A DNA stretch of 64,000 nt from an uncultured Nitrososphaeraceae archaeon (GTDB taxonomy: Archaea > Thermoproteota > Nitrososphaeria > Nitrososphaerales > Nitrososphaeraceae), in the NCBI GenBank assembly GCA_963765895.1, contig CAVXZB010000088.1, positions 1 through 64,000 of the forward strand, read 5' to 3'. The notes under the pieces are model-generated. The model searched no databases and was not told the origin of the DNA. It worked only from the letters and a program-made list of their open reading frames with translations. Shown here piece after piece: positions 11,432-22,969 of this stretch (position 1 is the first letter of the stretch; each line of letters starts with the position of its first letter). The position numbers were made by a program, and so were the translations under genes.

Positions 11432-12187
11432 TTATCGACCATATTTTCTTAAAGCGTTGATTACCCAATCAACTTCTTCCGTAGTCTTGACAAGGCGACC
11501 AATCTTCATACAATCCCTAATGTCTTTTGATCTCATTTTATACCATACCGCATTTGCGACAGTAGATGCTATTTCATCTGAGATTCCAGAATTAACAAGT
11601 AAATGAGTTGCGACCTTCTGAAAGTCATCAAATTTATATTGTTTAAAATGTAATACTACAAATCTGGAGAGCAACGGAGTTAACATTCGTTCAGTTCCAT
11701 TACTCGTGGCATAAACCCACGTTTTGAGCTGAGTCTTGCGAGTCTTTTGAAATTTCGTTTCAGAAATAATCCCAGTTTCCATCAAACTTAGTAGAGCAGT
11801 TTGATCTCTCATTGGCATATGCTCAATTTCATCGACGACTAGGTATCTAGGACGTGCTTGAAACAAATAGTCCATCATTCCAGACTTTGTACTTTGACTC
11901 CCAACGATAAAGTGCGCACGTTCAAGCTTAATACATTCTAGCATAAAGAGAGTTTTCGCTGAGGCCGGTGGGCCCACCAATAATATATGAACAGGTATAT
12001 CCGAGGATAAAGATAATTTGAACAGTTTCTTTACGTCATCGTGGCCTATGATAACATTAAATAACTCATTTATAGTCTCGTTAGGAACATTAGAAGCAGA
12101 AATGTTAATTCCAGTATCAGAGGATTTGTGTGTAGTGGGTTTGTTTATCTGAGACCACAATCCGTCGACGTTATCTTCATTCACCAT
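11432..12187 (-). CDS. Stand-alone AAA+ ATPase
   Basis: Walker A GPPASAKT, Walker B LVVDE, sensor ATSN, Arg finger PLLSRF. Confidence 0.88.
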   Translation of the reverse strand: MVNEDNVDGLWSQINKPTTHKSSDTGINISASNVPNETINELFNVIIGHDDVKKLFKLSLSSDIPVHILLVGPPASAKTLFMLECIKLERAHFIVGSQSTKSGMMDYLFQARPRYLVVDEIEHMPMRDQTALLSLMETGIISETKFQKTRKTQLKTWVYATSNGTERMLTPLLSRFVVLHFKQYKFDDFQKVATHLLVNSGISDEIASTVANAVWYKMRSKDIRDCMKIGRLVKTTEEVDWVINALRKYGR

Positions 12188-12330
12188 GAATCAGTATTAT
12201 ATGCCGATGTTATAGGTGTTTCTGACTTTCATTCTCGTGAGAACCCATATCCCCCAATATTGGTCCGATCTGGCAACGAATCCACAGATTCTTCAATAAA
12301 TATCATTTTATTTTTGAAGGTCTCGAATTT

Positions 12331-12858
12331 TCAAGTTTTTCCAATAGCCAAAGTGATATTTTCTCTATCTCTGAACACATGATTTTTAAAAATATCTGGT
12401 GGAGATATTGCCTTTCCGTTCACAATAAGATGTACAGGCTTATTGTTCAGATCTAATCCCCATATGCTTAGTAGCTGGCCAAAAGTATAATTTCGATTTA
12501 CGGTAGATTCAACGTGAATAGTCCCGGTACGATCGTGTGTATGTACAGGTGCAATCTCCGGAGTACTATATTTATCGAGTGAATGATCCTTATAAAGTGA
12601 TGAATTGATGCCAATGCCTTGTGGGACAGCGACAGGTTTACCATCGACTGTCATATTAAGATGAGGATGGATATGATATACGATCCTCCCACCCAAACCA
12701 TGTTCTTGAGCCTGAGTAGCAACAATTACTCCCAAAACAATTACTGCAACACCAATAGGAATTCCAACAATCTTCAAGTACTTATTTCTCTTGCGCCGAT
12801 TAATAGAGATGTAACTGTCATCTCTTCTCTTCTTATTATCATAATTCTTGTGGCTCAT
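12331..12858 (-). CDS. Membrane-anchored protein with His-rich putative metal site
   Basis: Basic N-terminus, one TM helix, HIHPHL and VHTHDRTGTIHVE motifs. Confidence 0.75.
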   Translation of the reverse strand: MSHKNYDNKKRRDDSYISINRRKRNKYLKIVGIPIGVAVIVLGVIVATQAQEHGLGGRIVYHIHPHLNMTVDGKPVAVPQGIGINSSLYKDHSLDKYSTPEIAPVHTHDRTGTIHVESTVNRNYTFGQLLSIWGLDLNNKPVHLIVNGKAISPPDIFKNHVFRDRENITLAIGKT

Positions 12859-13326
12859 GAGTGAAAAATCGTATGTTATTGCAGCCTATTATAGCTTATC
12901 TCGCTGTCAATTCATAGAACTTGTCTCTAGGTTCGGTTGTCTAAATGTCAAAAGTAATAAACGCATGTCATACCCTACTCCTTAAACACAAGAAGTTCTC
13001 AGCTGTCTTATCATGAGATCGATAATGAAGACTAGAAAGCTTGCTTATGCAAGATTATAATATTAGGAAATCCCCAGAACCAATGTTTTTGGTTTACCAA
13101 ACTGAGCTATAACATAGCATGTGTATATCTTTTTTATAATGTCTAGGACACTTTGTAAGTTAGCTACTAACCAAGGTGGAGAGAAGATATCTTTTGTGAT
13201 CATTTTATGATGTCAGGAAAACCGTTCTGAATCTGCTCCTTAAAGGAATCGATACTAATAATAGGTCTGAAATAAATGACACTAGAATGACGTATATTAT
13301 CATTGTAATATCCGAATAAAACAACC

Positions 13327-14674
13327 TCACCATCCCAAAATCCTGGCAGATTCTTTGGCAGCATCATCTAGTGCTTGTTTTGGCTGTTTAATACCATAAT
13401 AAACATCCTCAAGGGCATGCCTTACATTTTCCGCAATTTGCGGATATTCGGATGCTACTGGTCTGCTTTTGCCAAAGGGAATCATCGAGACCATATCGCC
13501 ATAATAAGGAATGGTTTGATTTAATTCTGTTAATTGAGGACCCGAGCCAATACTCTTCTGTGTTGGAAGGAACCCTGTTTGCTTTAGCCACGGACTCATT
13601 TGTCTTGGGTCTACCATTAGTGTAATTAGCTCCCAGGCTAGTTCTTTATTTTTTGAAGTCTGAGGGATAGCGAGTTCCCATCCACCCATCATTGTGGAAG
13701 TTCGATATGAGTCCCTTGGGAACTGGAAACAAAGGTATAAAGCCAATTTTCTGATCAAAAGTCGACCAGAATTGACGTGGAAAAGCGCCGGGTACCCAGG
13801 ACCCGCTTTGTAACACAGCGAGCTTCCTATTAATGAACAATTTGTCTGGATTAGTGTTCAGTGGTTTGATCCCGGAATTAACCTGTTCTTTGATAAATTC
13901 AAGTGCTTTAATACCTGCTGAGCTATTATAAGCTGGAAACCAATAACTTCCCATTTTTGGGTGTCCATTTTTCATCACAAGAATATCACCCCCGAGCATC
14001 CACAGATAAGGATACCAAAGATCTGGAGAATAGTTTAGACCAACGAGGGCTGCTCCTAAGATCCCCTTTGGTCCTAAAACAGAATTAATTTTCCTTGCTG
14101 ATGATATATAGCCATCCCACGTTTTCAGGGAATCAGGATCTACACCAGCCTTTTTTAATAAATCCTTCCAGTACCACATCCCCCTAACATCAGTCCATGC
14201 CCATATACCATACACTTTGCCTTTATACACCCCCCCATCAAAATTTGTTTGATACCAATCAGAAGATCTACCCCAAATTTTTACGAATTCCGTAAGGTTT
14301 GCTAGATATCCTCTTTGAGCAAAATCCCCAAGCCAGATTTGATCGACTGAGACCAAATCAATAGCACTTTTATTTCCTAATGAATTTAATAGATGAGTCC
14401 TAGTCTGATTATAAGGAGTCGTAGTATAGTTTATTTGGATATTTAGGTCTGGATGTCTAGACTTCAACTCCTTTACTGCTGGTCGCAAGAGATCATCCCA
14501 TTTTATGACATTTCCTAAATTATCAAGCATGGCGGTAATTACGACTTGCTTTTTCTGTTGAGCTACTACCACCGTCGTGCTTGGGCTAACTGTGGAAATT
14601 ACCATACTCAGAACAAGTCCTACCACAAGAAGTTCATAAACAGCTGAAAATTTAGGCACGGTCAAACGCATCAA
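13327..14674 (-). CDS. Sugar-type extracellular solute-binding protein, split by one +1 indel near 13714
   Basis: Signal/TM segment, DLVSVDQIWLGDFA, DVRGMWYWKDLL, TMMGGWELAIP; two overlapping ORFs join after removing one base. Confidence 0.88.
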
Positions 14675-15092
14675 AGAACTTTACCCCTATTAACCCTTGC
14701 TTCCTATCTGGGACACTACCTGTGATTTACTTTCGTACCAGGATAATCTATTGCAAAGTTATTTCTTTTACAGGATACAGCAAACAAATAATCCTTTAAC
14801 TTGTCATTCCTATAAAAAGTTATGTTCCGTTCTTATGATTAAAAGATCTTTAATCTCGAAGGTACAAGGGTTGATCAACAACTACGGTGTATATTGTAGT
14901 ATCCAGTCCTTTTAATACGATTACGAAAATGATCGATAGGGCAGAGAGTTAATATAAATTCTACAATTTGTAGCCGTAGAATAGCAAAATGTCTTCAGCT
15001 ATTGATATCACTTTGCAAGTTAAAATTCTTAATAAAAAGCCTTATTATAGGAAAACTGAGCTAGTTCTAATTATTAAGAGGATTTCGTAGAC

Positions 15093-16891
15093 ATGGACTT
15101 GCTTTCCAAAAGAATAAAGGAAATAGGTATCATTTCTATAATTTTGATTGTCGCATTTTCTCTTGTTTTCGTATTCTATATTCAAAGTATCACCGAACAC
15201 GATATTAAATCCAATTTACTTTCACAACAAAAACAGCGTCAGATAGGATCTACCCTTGATATTTCACTTCATGCTGGTTCAGATTTGAATTTGGTTGTCG
15301 GTATGCTTGACGGATTGGCAAATTCTCTGTATTTACAACAGGGGAATCTTTCCGCAGACAAGTCTTCGAAACTAGTTGGCGAAAAGTACACTCAGTTTAG
15401 CAAGGTTATAGATAGGCTATTTCTTCTGGATAAAAATAATATTGTAAAGTTAAGCTACTCTCCTGCCGGTTCTGAGGGGGCTATTTTGGGTGCAGATTAT
15501 TCCCTAAGGGATTGGGTTGTGAATACAAGAACTACCCTAAAACCAGTATTTTCTGACGGCTTTGAGAGAGAGGGCATGTATACAATTTTCATATCCTATC
15601 CGATAATTAGCAGGGAGACCGGACAGTTTCTTGGGATAATTGCCACGTCAATACCCACAGTCCCCTTTTTTGCCCATTATGGAAATGTTGAGCATATCGA
15701 GAAGCCATTTTTGGTTGCGTATAATACAAATGGTACCATGTTGGCAAATGGTGCTAGTCAGACACTAGTGGGACAAAATTTCTTTGGGAATTATACCCAA
15801 CACTTTATCAATCATAATTTTATCCTAAATAACCTAACCCATGCATTGTTAGAAGGTAATCCAGGCGTTGCGATCTACGATTATGGTAGAGGCGAACGGT
15901 TGACAACAGGCTCTCCTATTTTTGTGAATGGCAAACCTATGTACTTCGTTCAAGTAGTAACGCCAATCACGCAAATCTACTCTGATGTAAAGGGCTTGCT
16001 TTCTATTGAAGATGAAAAGATGTTTACACTTCTTGGAGGTACTTTTCGGCGATATCCGTGTTAATAATATTACTTTTCAAATGGACCGATAGCTTAAACA
16101 CAGAGGTGAAAAGACGAACTAACGAGTTGGATATATCAAACAGCCAACTTGCATTGGCCAACGAAAAACTAAAGGTCCGTGATAAGATGCAGGAGGAATT
16201 TATTAATATTGCTGCTCACGAACTAAGAACTCCTATCCAACCAATCATTGGCTTGTCTGAGGTTCTTCGTTACAGAAAAACAGAAGCGCAGTTCCAGCAG
16301 GATAAAATCTTGGACGTAATAATCAGAAACGCAAAAAGACTGCGAAACCTTTCGGAGGATATCTTGGACGTCACAAGAATAGAGAGTAATTCGCTGACAC
16401 TCAATAAGGAGAGATTCAATTTAAACCAGCTGATACTGAATGCCGTAGCGGATTCCAGGAATTATACTGCAACTAAAAATAAAGATAGCAATATAAAAAT
16501 AGAACCAGTCTTCAACGGTAAAGAAGATATATACATAAATGCTGATAGGAACAGAATTAATCAGGTGACTTCAAATCTATTAGTTAATGCTATTAAATTC
16601 ACCAAGCAAGGAACTATAACTATTTCAACGGAAACCATAGAAGGTCACAGTTCTGAACATGATGGTCTTAAAGGTGTAATTGTTGCCGTAAAAGACAGCG
16701 GGACTGGCATAGATCCCGCGATATTGCCTAAGCTTTTCACAAAGTTTGCTTCAAGTTCAGATGGAGGGACTGGATTGGGTTTATTTATATCAAAGAACAT
16801 TGTTGAAGCTCACGGAGGCAGAATATGGGCTAATACTAACGAAAATGGTAATGGTGCTACATTTAGCTTCTGGCTACCAATGACAAAGTAG
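15093..16891 (+). CDS. Membrane sensor histidine kinase (TM-Cache-like-TM-HisKA-HATPase), split by a -1 indel near 16045
   Basis: DYSLRDWV Cache-like motif, AAHELRTP H-box, NLLVNAIKFT, DSGTGID, GTGLGL. Confidence 0.92.
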
Positions 16892-17691
16892 GACAAGATT
16901 ATATCTATTATATTTATCTCTCACTGTATATGGAAATCTTGAGGGCTGCCGTATAAATTGTGAACGGTGACCGGCTGAAAAAAAATGCTCTAGTCTAATT
17001 GGACCTTGCTCTGGCTATTAATATTCATTGTCATATTCTGATATGTTAAAAAATCATTACAAACAATTCTTACTACTAGAACGAACCTCGGATGAGGAGA
17101 AATTACCTAGAAAATGTCTGGAGTAATATCAGAATTTAGAGAGGTTTTTCTAGTTATTTCGTGACTATATAGGATCTTACTATTTTGGTATCAAGTCTCA
17201 TGATCAAAATGGGTAAGTGATCCGGTTTCGTTACAATATCGCAGGTCTTCCTATCATTCTTTCACTGTTATACTTTGCTCAATATTTAGACGATACCAAC
17301 CATCGCTTCCCATTTTTTACTATATCCATCTGGTAGGACAAATTCGGAAAATTCCTTCAGCTTCTTGTATAATTGCGAGATATTTTAAAGGGTAAACCAA
17401 CGTATACTAATAAAGATACAAGAGTTAAACCTGAACATTGTGTGTTTTGGTGCTTTCAAGTCTTACACTCAGCTTGACCATAAGCCAGGCAACTATGCCG
17501 GTGATAATATGAAATTATCATATGAATCAATCGTGAATTTGCCAACATTATTATCACCATAATTTTTTCCAGCTGTACAGTCTGAGATGATACGAAGCTC
17601 AAAAGTATTCAAGTATTCATAAGACACTTATCATCTTACCACATGGTATTCATAGAATCAATTACACGGTTTGTCGTTAGCGTGGGATGGG

Positions 17692-18144
17692 CTAGTACTT
17701 TTTCAGCTTTTTAAGTCTATACGTTATGAGAAAAATCGTCAACATTGTTGCAAACAAAAGTACCCCAGTAGATAAATGAGGAGCAACTAACAAAGGTTCT
17801 AGCTTGGAGTCTACTACTAGCATACCTAGGATGATCTGAATTATAATTATTATGACGGATACGACTGAGAGATTCCTTGCAGCTTTAACTCTTTTCACGG
17901 CGTAAAGGGCTGTAACAATCACAATAGCTGAGGTAGTGATGGCAAGCATCCTATGGAAATGCTCAAAGAAATATTTTTCTGGTGGAAAGCTGAACCCATT
18001 TGGACATAGTGGCCAACCCTCGCAAGACAATCCCTGATGAGAGGCGGCAATGTAAACTCCAAAGAGCATAATAATATAAATTAAACCTAGAGAGATAAAT
18101 GAGAGACCCAACATTTTGTTATTAACACTCTCTACTTTAGTCAC
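17692..18144 (-). CDS. ctaA: Short (4-TM) COX15/CtaA-family heme A synthase
   Basis: GLSCEGWPLC, FEHFHR, QIILG, later conserved His. Confidence 0.85.
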   Translation of the reverse strand: MTKVESVNNKMLGLSFISLGLIYIIMLFGVYIAASHQGLSCEGWPLCPNGFSFPPEKYFFEHFHRMLAITTSAIVIVTALYAVKRVKAARNLSVVSVIIIIIQIILGMLVVDSKLEPLLVAPHLSTGVLLFATMLTIFLITYRLKKLKKY

Positions 18145-18338
18145 GAAATTGAGTCACATTTGGTCAATTATTAATCTTAGTTTCTAGGATTTTGTATTTT
18201 GATAGATCATTCGATTAAGTTTCAAAGATATTCTTAATGAATCTTTTAAACCTTTGAATTCCAGGCTGATAGATTAGTTTAATACACCAAAATGAATACA
18301 TGATAAGTTGCTCTTAATATAGGAGGTTCAATGGTGAG

Positions 18339-18728
18339 ATGAATACTAACATAATAGCTATTGTTGCCGTATCATTTATGTCAGTTGGCATAATATGGGC
18401 CGTTGGCAATCTAACCCATACCACTATTGAATCGAGAGTAAAGACTGCGAATGGAATACTGCTAATTGCACAAGATAATCGATTTAATGGAACTAATCCC
18501 ACAATTTATGCAAACACAAATCTTCCAAAAAAACTAATTATACTAAACAAAGATTTTGTAAGACACGACTTTATAGTTGATGGTTTAGGCATTAATACAT
18601 CTTACCTATCAGCCGATCAGTCTTTTATAACTGCAATTGCCACAAAAAAGGCCGGGGTGTACGAGTATTATTGCTCTTTGCATCCAGAAACAATGAGAGG
18701 AAAAATAGTAGTGAGATCACAGGCATGA
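18339..18728 (+). CDS. Membrane-anchored cupredoxin (blue copper) protein
   Basis: N-terminal TM; HDF and YYCSLHPETMRG type-1 Cu ligands. Confidence 0.9.
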   Translation: MNTNIIAIVAVSFMSVGIIWAVGNLTHTTIESRVKTANGILLIAQDNRFNGTNPTIYANTNLPKKLIILNKDFVRHDFIVDGLGINTSYLSADQSFITAIATKKAGVYEYYCSLHPETMRGKIVVRSQA

Positions 18729-18894
18729 AATATGAATATGAGAGGAAGGTAAACATTCGGCAATTGGCAATCTCGTACTTTATGCATAGAGACATTGATC
18801 TACTTTTTGATTTTCATTTGGTATTCATGTATATACCATTGCTTCATACCAAAGAAAGTCATGTAGATACAATTTGCACAATGTTACCTAACTT

Positions 18895-21429
18895 TTGGTG
18901 CAAATATATAATGTTGTCGAGTGTAACAAGTTAAGCATATTAATGAATATTGGAAATGGGAGAGCTTTTGTTCTGAAAATTATCCATTCGTCGTTCTCCC
19001 ACCTTATGACCGAAATTATTAGACAAGTCAAGGATCCTTATGATAGTGATTCTCTAGATCTGCCTTTGCAGTTTAGTAGTTATTCGTTCAGCTTAACATA
19101 TAACGATCTTGCCAGATGGTTATTCATTACCCTAGCTTTTATGGGCATCTTAGCGACTGGTTGGTTTGGGATACCACTTGCACCTAGGTACTTAGCACTT
19201 CATCAGGTCGACATTCAAGCTGAAATTTTTACCTTATTTAGTGCCTTGGGCACAATCTGGGGAGTGATGGCATATCGTGAGCTGACGAGGTCAGCGGACC
19301 TAATCACAGACGTAAGAACAATTGCACGTAATCTGGACCCACAGATTGGAACCTACGAGTATCGATCGTATAATCCCGAAACAAAAGAGTACGAAAATGG
19401 TTATCTCCCGCTAGGTCCTATCGACTTTTGGGATAAAGAAACTCAGGTGCCCGCGTGGCTAGATAAAGGCAAATATTGGCATGTCTTACTAGGGCTCCAG
19501 ACTGGAGCTAAAGAAATTATTCTTCAGGTTGTGCAGGATAACGACCTACCGTTTAGTGTAGAGAGACGGAATGTTGCTGTTACTTATAAAGAGACGATAT
19601 CACAATATGGCTCTCAGCGTAAAACGCATAAACGCTATAGATACAGGGTAAAGATACCACAGTGGATAGTCATGAATACTGAACGGGCCAGGCTTATGAA
19701 TCGAAGAGCTTTGCAGGTTCAGGATGCCAACATTGCTACACATATAGCTGAACTTAATAGAAAGCTAGTTCAGGCCTCGGAGGAAATTATAGAGAGAGAA
19801 AGACCAAGGATCAAATATCCATGGAAGTTGACAACACTAGGGATTTACATAAATAAGAGCCTGCCTATTAGACTTATCTACAACGAAACCATCAGACATT
19901 TACCTGGTGCTAAAAAACGAACTATCGCATATACTAATGAGAACCTAGCGAATATAAAAGATGACGAGTTAATTTCTGCCATAGTTCAGGTTGCTGAACA
20001 AAGAGGAATATCAGATGACAGGATCTCAAGAATTAGAATACTCATAAGGTTCCTTCAAAACGCTTATACATCACAAGGGATTGGGGAGGGATCAAGCGAA
20101 TATCATAATTTCCATCACACTCTTGAAGTTTCCTATTTAAGTTTACAAATGTTACCCCGGGAATTTCATAATTATAAGTTTAATCCGATTGACTATGAAT
20201 TACTTTTAATAGCTGGCCTTTTGCACGATTATGATCCAGCCCAACTGGAGGCCACTCGGAGTCCAGCTGCTAATCCCAAAGGGCCCAGCGTTGTGAGAAC
20301 CATAAATGAATTACAAAAGACTGGGATCCACGTTGCATATTTTACTATGACTGAATACGAATTTGAAAATTACTTCAGAGAATACAAATCTGCACTCTTA
20401 CCTCCTATAGAATTTATTACAACCCATCCGGAATATATCAAACCAGAAAATAATACTATAATTGAAGCTAGAATTATTGAAGCGTTGATTTGGAGAACTG
20501 ATTTCCCATATTTCAAACAGGAGCTTGCTCAGAAAAAATCTGGGGAACACTTAACCTATCTTGAAAAAATGGGATCAGATTCAAATAAGATAAAATTAAT
20601 TGGTGAGATACTATGGCTAGCTGACTTATCTGTTACCTACATGGGTTCGGATCCCATTAGGGCCTGGGACAGAGTTACCAACCTGTATGAAGAACTATAT
20701 CTTCCTAAGTTTGAAGCAGTGTCGAGAACTGACGAGTTTTTTTCAGACTTTGCTGAAACCGATCTCTTTAAAGAGCTCATTCGGACCCGACAATTTCCGG
20801 ATATTTTTAGACAAAGATGGAACCTTATATACCAATTTTTTCATGAAGGCAACCCGTCAACTCAGCTCAATAGAACAATTAACAAGGCACGAAGACTATA
20901 TCTCAAAGTTAATATAGAAATAGAAATGCGAAGAGGAGACATTCTGGAAGAAATCGCAGTAAATAATTGGGCAGAGTATTTCATTGGAATTGGAAAAGAT
21001 CAGGCGGAAGTTTCTAAGGCTAAATTAAGGTTTGCAGATCTGGATCCACCTAATGCCTCGTCATTTTGGGGAGATACTCGCAAACTAGTTCCAAATATTA
21101 CAAATAGATCTGTCGACAATTTTTTATTGGTTCTGCCTGAACGGCATTTTTCCAAAGGCTTGAACAATAACAGGTCAGAACTGACACACTTATTCTTCCA
21201 CATGTCATCGAAATTACGCACAAGGGGTTCCCTCCAGGTTCTAACTGATATTAACAAATCTAATAAATGCTTTACCGAACTCGAGTCTATTGGTACCACG
21301 TCTGGCTTTCATATAGAATCTGATAGACCTCAGAAAGAATACTTTTCTAAGAACATACGAGAATCGTATTTCATACCTGGTACCAAGGTTCAGACCTTAA
21401 TTTTCAGTGTAGACGAATCTAAGAAATAA
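18895..21429 (+). CDS. Membrane-associated HD-domain phosphohydrolase with C-terminal methyltransferase-like domain (start may be a later ATG)
   Basis: Two TM helices; YHNFHHTLEV, LLHDYDP, LADLS; C-terminal pattern resembling TrmB. Confidence 0.75.
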   Translation: MVQIYNVVECNKLSILMNIGNGRAFVLKIIHSSFSHLMTEIIRQVKDPYDSDSLDLPLQFSSYSFSLTYNDLARWLFITLAFMGILATGWFGIPLAPRYLALHQVDIQAEIFTLFSALGTIWGVMAYRELTRSADLITDVRTIARNLDPQIGTYEYRSYNPETKEYENGYLPLGPIDFWDKETQVPAWLDKGKYWHVLLGLQTGAKEIILQVVQDNDLPFSVERRNVAVTYKETISQYGSQRKTHKRYRYRVKIPQWIVMNTERARLMNRRALQVQDANIATHIAELNRKLVQASEEIIERERPRIKYPWKLTTLGIYINKSLPIRLIYNETIRHLPGAKKRTIAYTNENLANIKDDELISAIVQVAEQRGISDDRISRIRILIRFLQNAYTSQGIGEGSSEYHNFHHTLEVSYLSLQMLPREFHNYKFNPIDYELLLIAGLLHDYDPAQLEATRSPAANPKGPSVVRTINELQKTGIHVAYFTMTEYEFENYFREYKSALLPPIEFITTHPEYIKPENNTIIEARIIEALIWRTDFPYFKQELAQKKSGEHLTYLEKMGSDSNKIKLIGEILWLADLSVTYMGSDPIRAWDRVTNLYEELYLPKFEAVSRTDEFFSDFAETDLFKELIRTRQFPDIFRQRWNLIYQFFHEGNPSTQLNRTINKARRLYLKVNIEIEMRRGDILEEIAVNNWAEYFIGIGKDQAEVSKAKLRFADLDPPNASSFWGDTRKLVPNITNRSVDNFLLVLPERHFSKGLNNNRSELTHLFFHMSSKLRTRGSLQVLTDINKSNKCFTELESIGTTSGFHIESDRPQKEYFSKNIRESYFIPGTKVQTLIFSVDESKK

Positions 21430-21584
21430 AGAGTTAATTCGACCGGTGTTGACTAATTGATAATAATGATACTATCGGAAATAGTTACAATGTAATATTT
21501 TCATTTGAATAGGGCATAAACTAATATCTGGTGTGCTCAGAACCTATTTGAGGAACAGAATCAGTCTTGATCTTAATGAGGATA

Positions 21585-22001
21585 TTAGTGGAGTAATTTT
21601 TCCAAAGCGTCCTTTAGCTTCGGAACAGTTTTGTATTTGTCCAGATCATGTGGCATTATCCACTTGTATTCGTCATGTTCCCAGTCCATCTTGATTGATA
21701 GTGTATTTGATCTGAACAAGAACGGATGTACAATCCACACAATATTAGGAAGCTGGATATCTCTAGCTTCCAATGGTTCTACACGCCTAAGAAGATCTAC
21801 TTGACTTTCTGAAAGCCCGCTTTCCTCTCGTATTTCCTTCAGAGCCTGAATTAACGGGTCCTCATTCTCCAAATATCCACTTATTCCGGCCCACATACCT
21901 TTCATTGTTCTTACATTCGGGCTGCGTTTGAGAAGTAATATCTTTCCTTCATGTATCAGAAATATTGTGACAACTTTGATTCTATAATCGCCTACAGTCA
22001 C
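21585..22001 (-). CDS. NUDIX hydrolase
   Basis: Nudix box GYLENEDPLIQALKEIREESGL. Confidence 0.9.
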   Translation of the reverse strand: MTVGDYRIKVVTIFLIHEGKILLLKRSPNVRTMKGMWAGISGYLENEDPLIQALKEIREESGLSESQVDLLRRVEPLEARDIQLPNIVWIVHPFLFRSNTLSIKMDWEHDEYKWIMPHDLDKYKTVPKLKDALEKLLH

Positions 22002-22120
22002 GAATGATTCTAATTGAGAGTTACTAATAGATTTTACATAGAGCCATTAAACAAACTGGAAGTAAAACATCCATAACAGATCAAATTGATGTCCGAAATA
22101 ATAATAGCAATCAACATCCA

Positions 22121-22969
22121 TTACACGGACAGTATCTCAAGACCAAAATGGCTTATTAGGTTCATTATTCGCCTTCTTTCCTTACCCAGCCCTTTTTTGT
22201 CGACTACAATATGAGTTACCTTTTCAATGCTCTTTGCGGACATTTGTTTGAGCATGCTATGATCAATAAGATGTAGGTTATGCTTAGCAGCTATAGTAGC
22301 AAGACCGTATTCTGACTCCAGCAACAATTTGTTGAATTTCGCTGGGTAATGGGAGCCACCTAGTCCGACGCCTATTTTAACGCAATTCCTGAATCCTAGT
22401 GTGATTACCTCAAGCACTGTATCGCAAACAAGTGAGGCAGCTTTAATATCAGTCCACTGATTGTAAGAAGATCCTATTTCCACGAACAAAACTGGGCATA
22501 GTAATGATGTTGGTCCGTGATGCGTGGCTTCAATGCTTAATTCGTAACCTGGCACTAAGGATTTCTTATTATTAATTCTGTTCATGAAATTTTTCTGCAG
22601 AGATGGATAGCATAAACCAAGTTCTTTCGGGTTCCCTCCATAAGCATTATCCAAAAAATTGCCCGTAGAATGACAAGTAAGAGTCGGAATTTTCTTCGTC
22701 GATTCGTGTTTGGATAAAAAAATTATTGCCTTTGATCCGTGAATATCTGCATCAATATCTTCTAGAGAAAGAAGTTCAAGTTTAGAGACATAAAGTTTTA
22801 CATTTTTGTGGATTTTTGATTCAAAGATACCTGAACTCTTCTCAGTGGCTTCAAACCCCTTATTATTAATCAAATAGTTTAACATTGTCATACTTGCCAA
22901 ATCCCTTTCCGAAGCTATAAGTGTGTAATAACTTTGCACCAAGATGTCTTTACGTACAGATAACACCAA
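22121..22969 (-). CDS. dtdA: Archaeal D-aminoacyl-tRNA deacylase
   Basis: FLSKHES, LTCHSTGN, EATHHGPT, FVEIGS, GGSHY. Confidence 0.93.
   Translation of the reverse strand: MVLSVRKDILVQSYYTLIASERDLASMTMLNYLINNKGFEATEKSSGIFESKIHKNVKLYVSKLELLSLEDIDADIHGSKAIIFLSKHESTKKIPTLTCHSTGNFLDNAYGGNPKELGLCYPSLQKNFMNRINNKKSLVPGYELSIEATHHGPTSLLCPVLFVEIGSSYNQWTDIKAASLVCDTVLEVITLGFRNCVKIGVGLGGSHYPAKFNKLLLESEYGLATIAAKHNLHLIDHSMLKQMSAKSIEKVTHIVVDKKGLGKERRRIMNLISHFGLEILSV

Noticed and set aside
16892-17691. 800-bp gap after the kinase, possibly a response regulator
   Set aside because: No receiver-domain motifs or sustained ORF found by eye.
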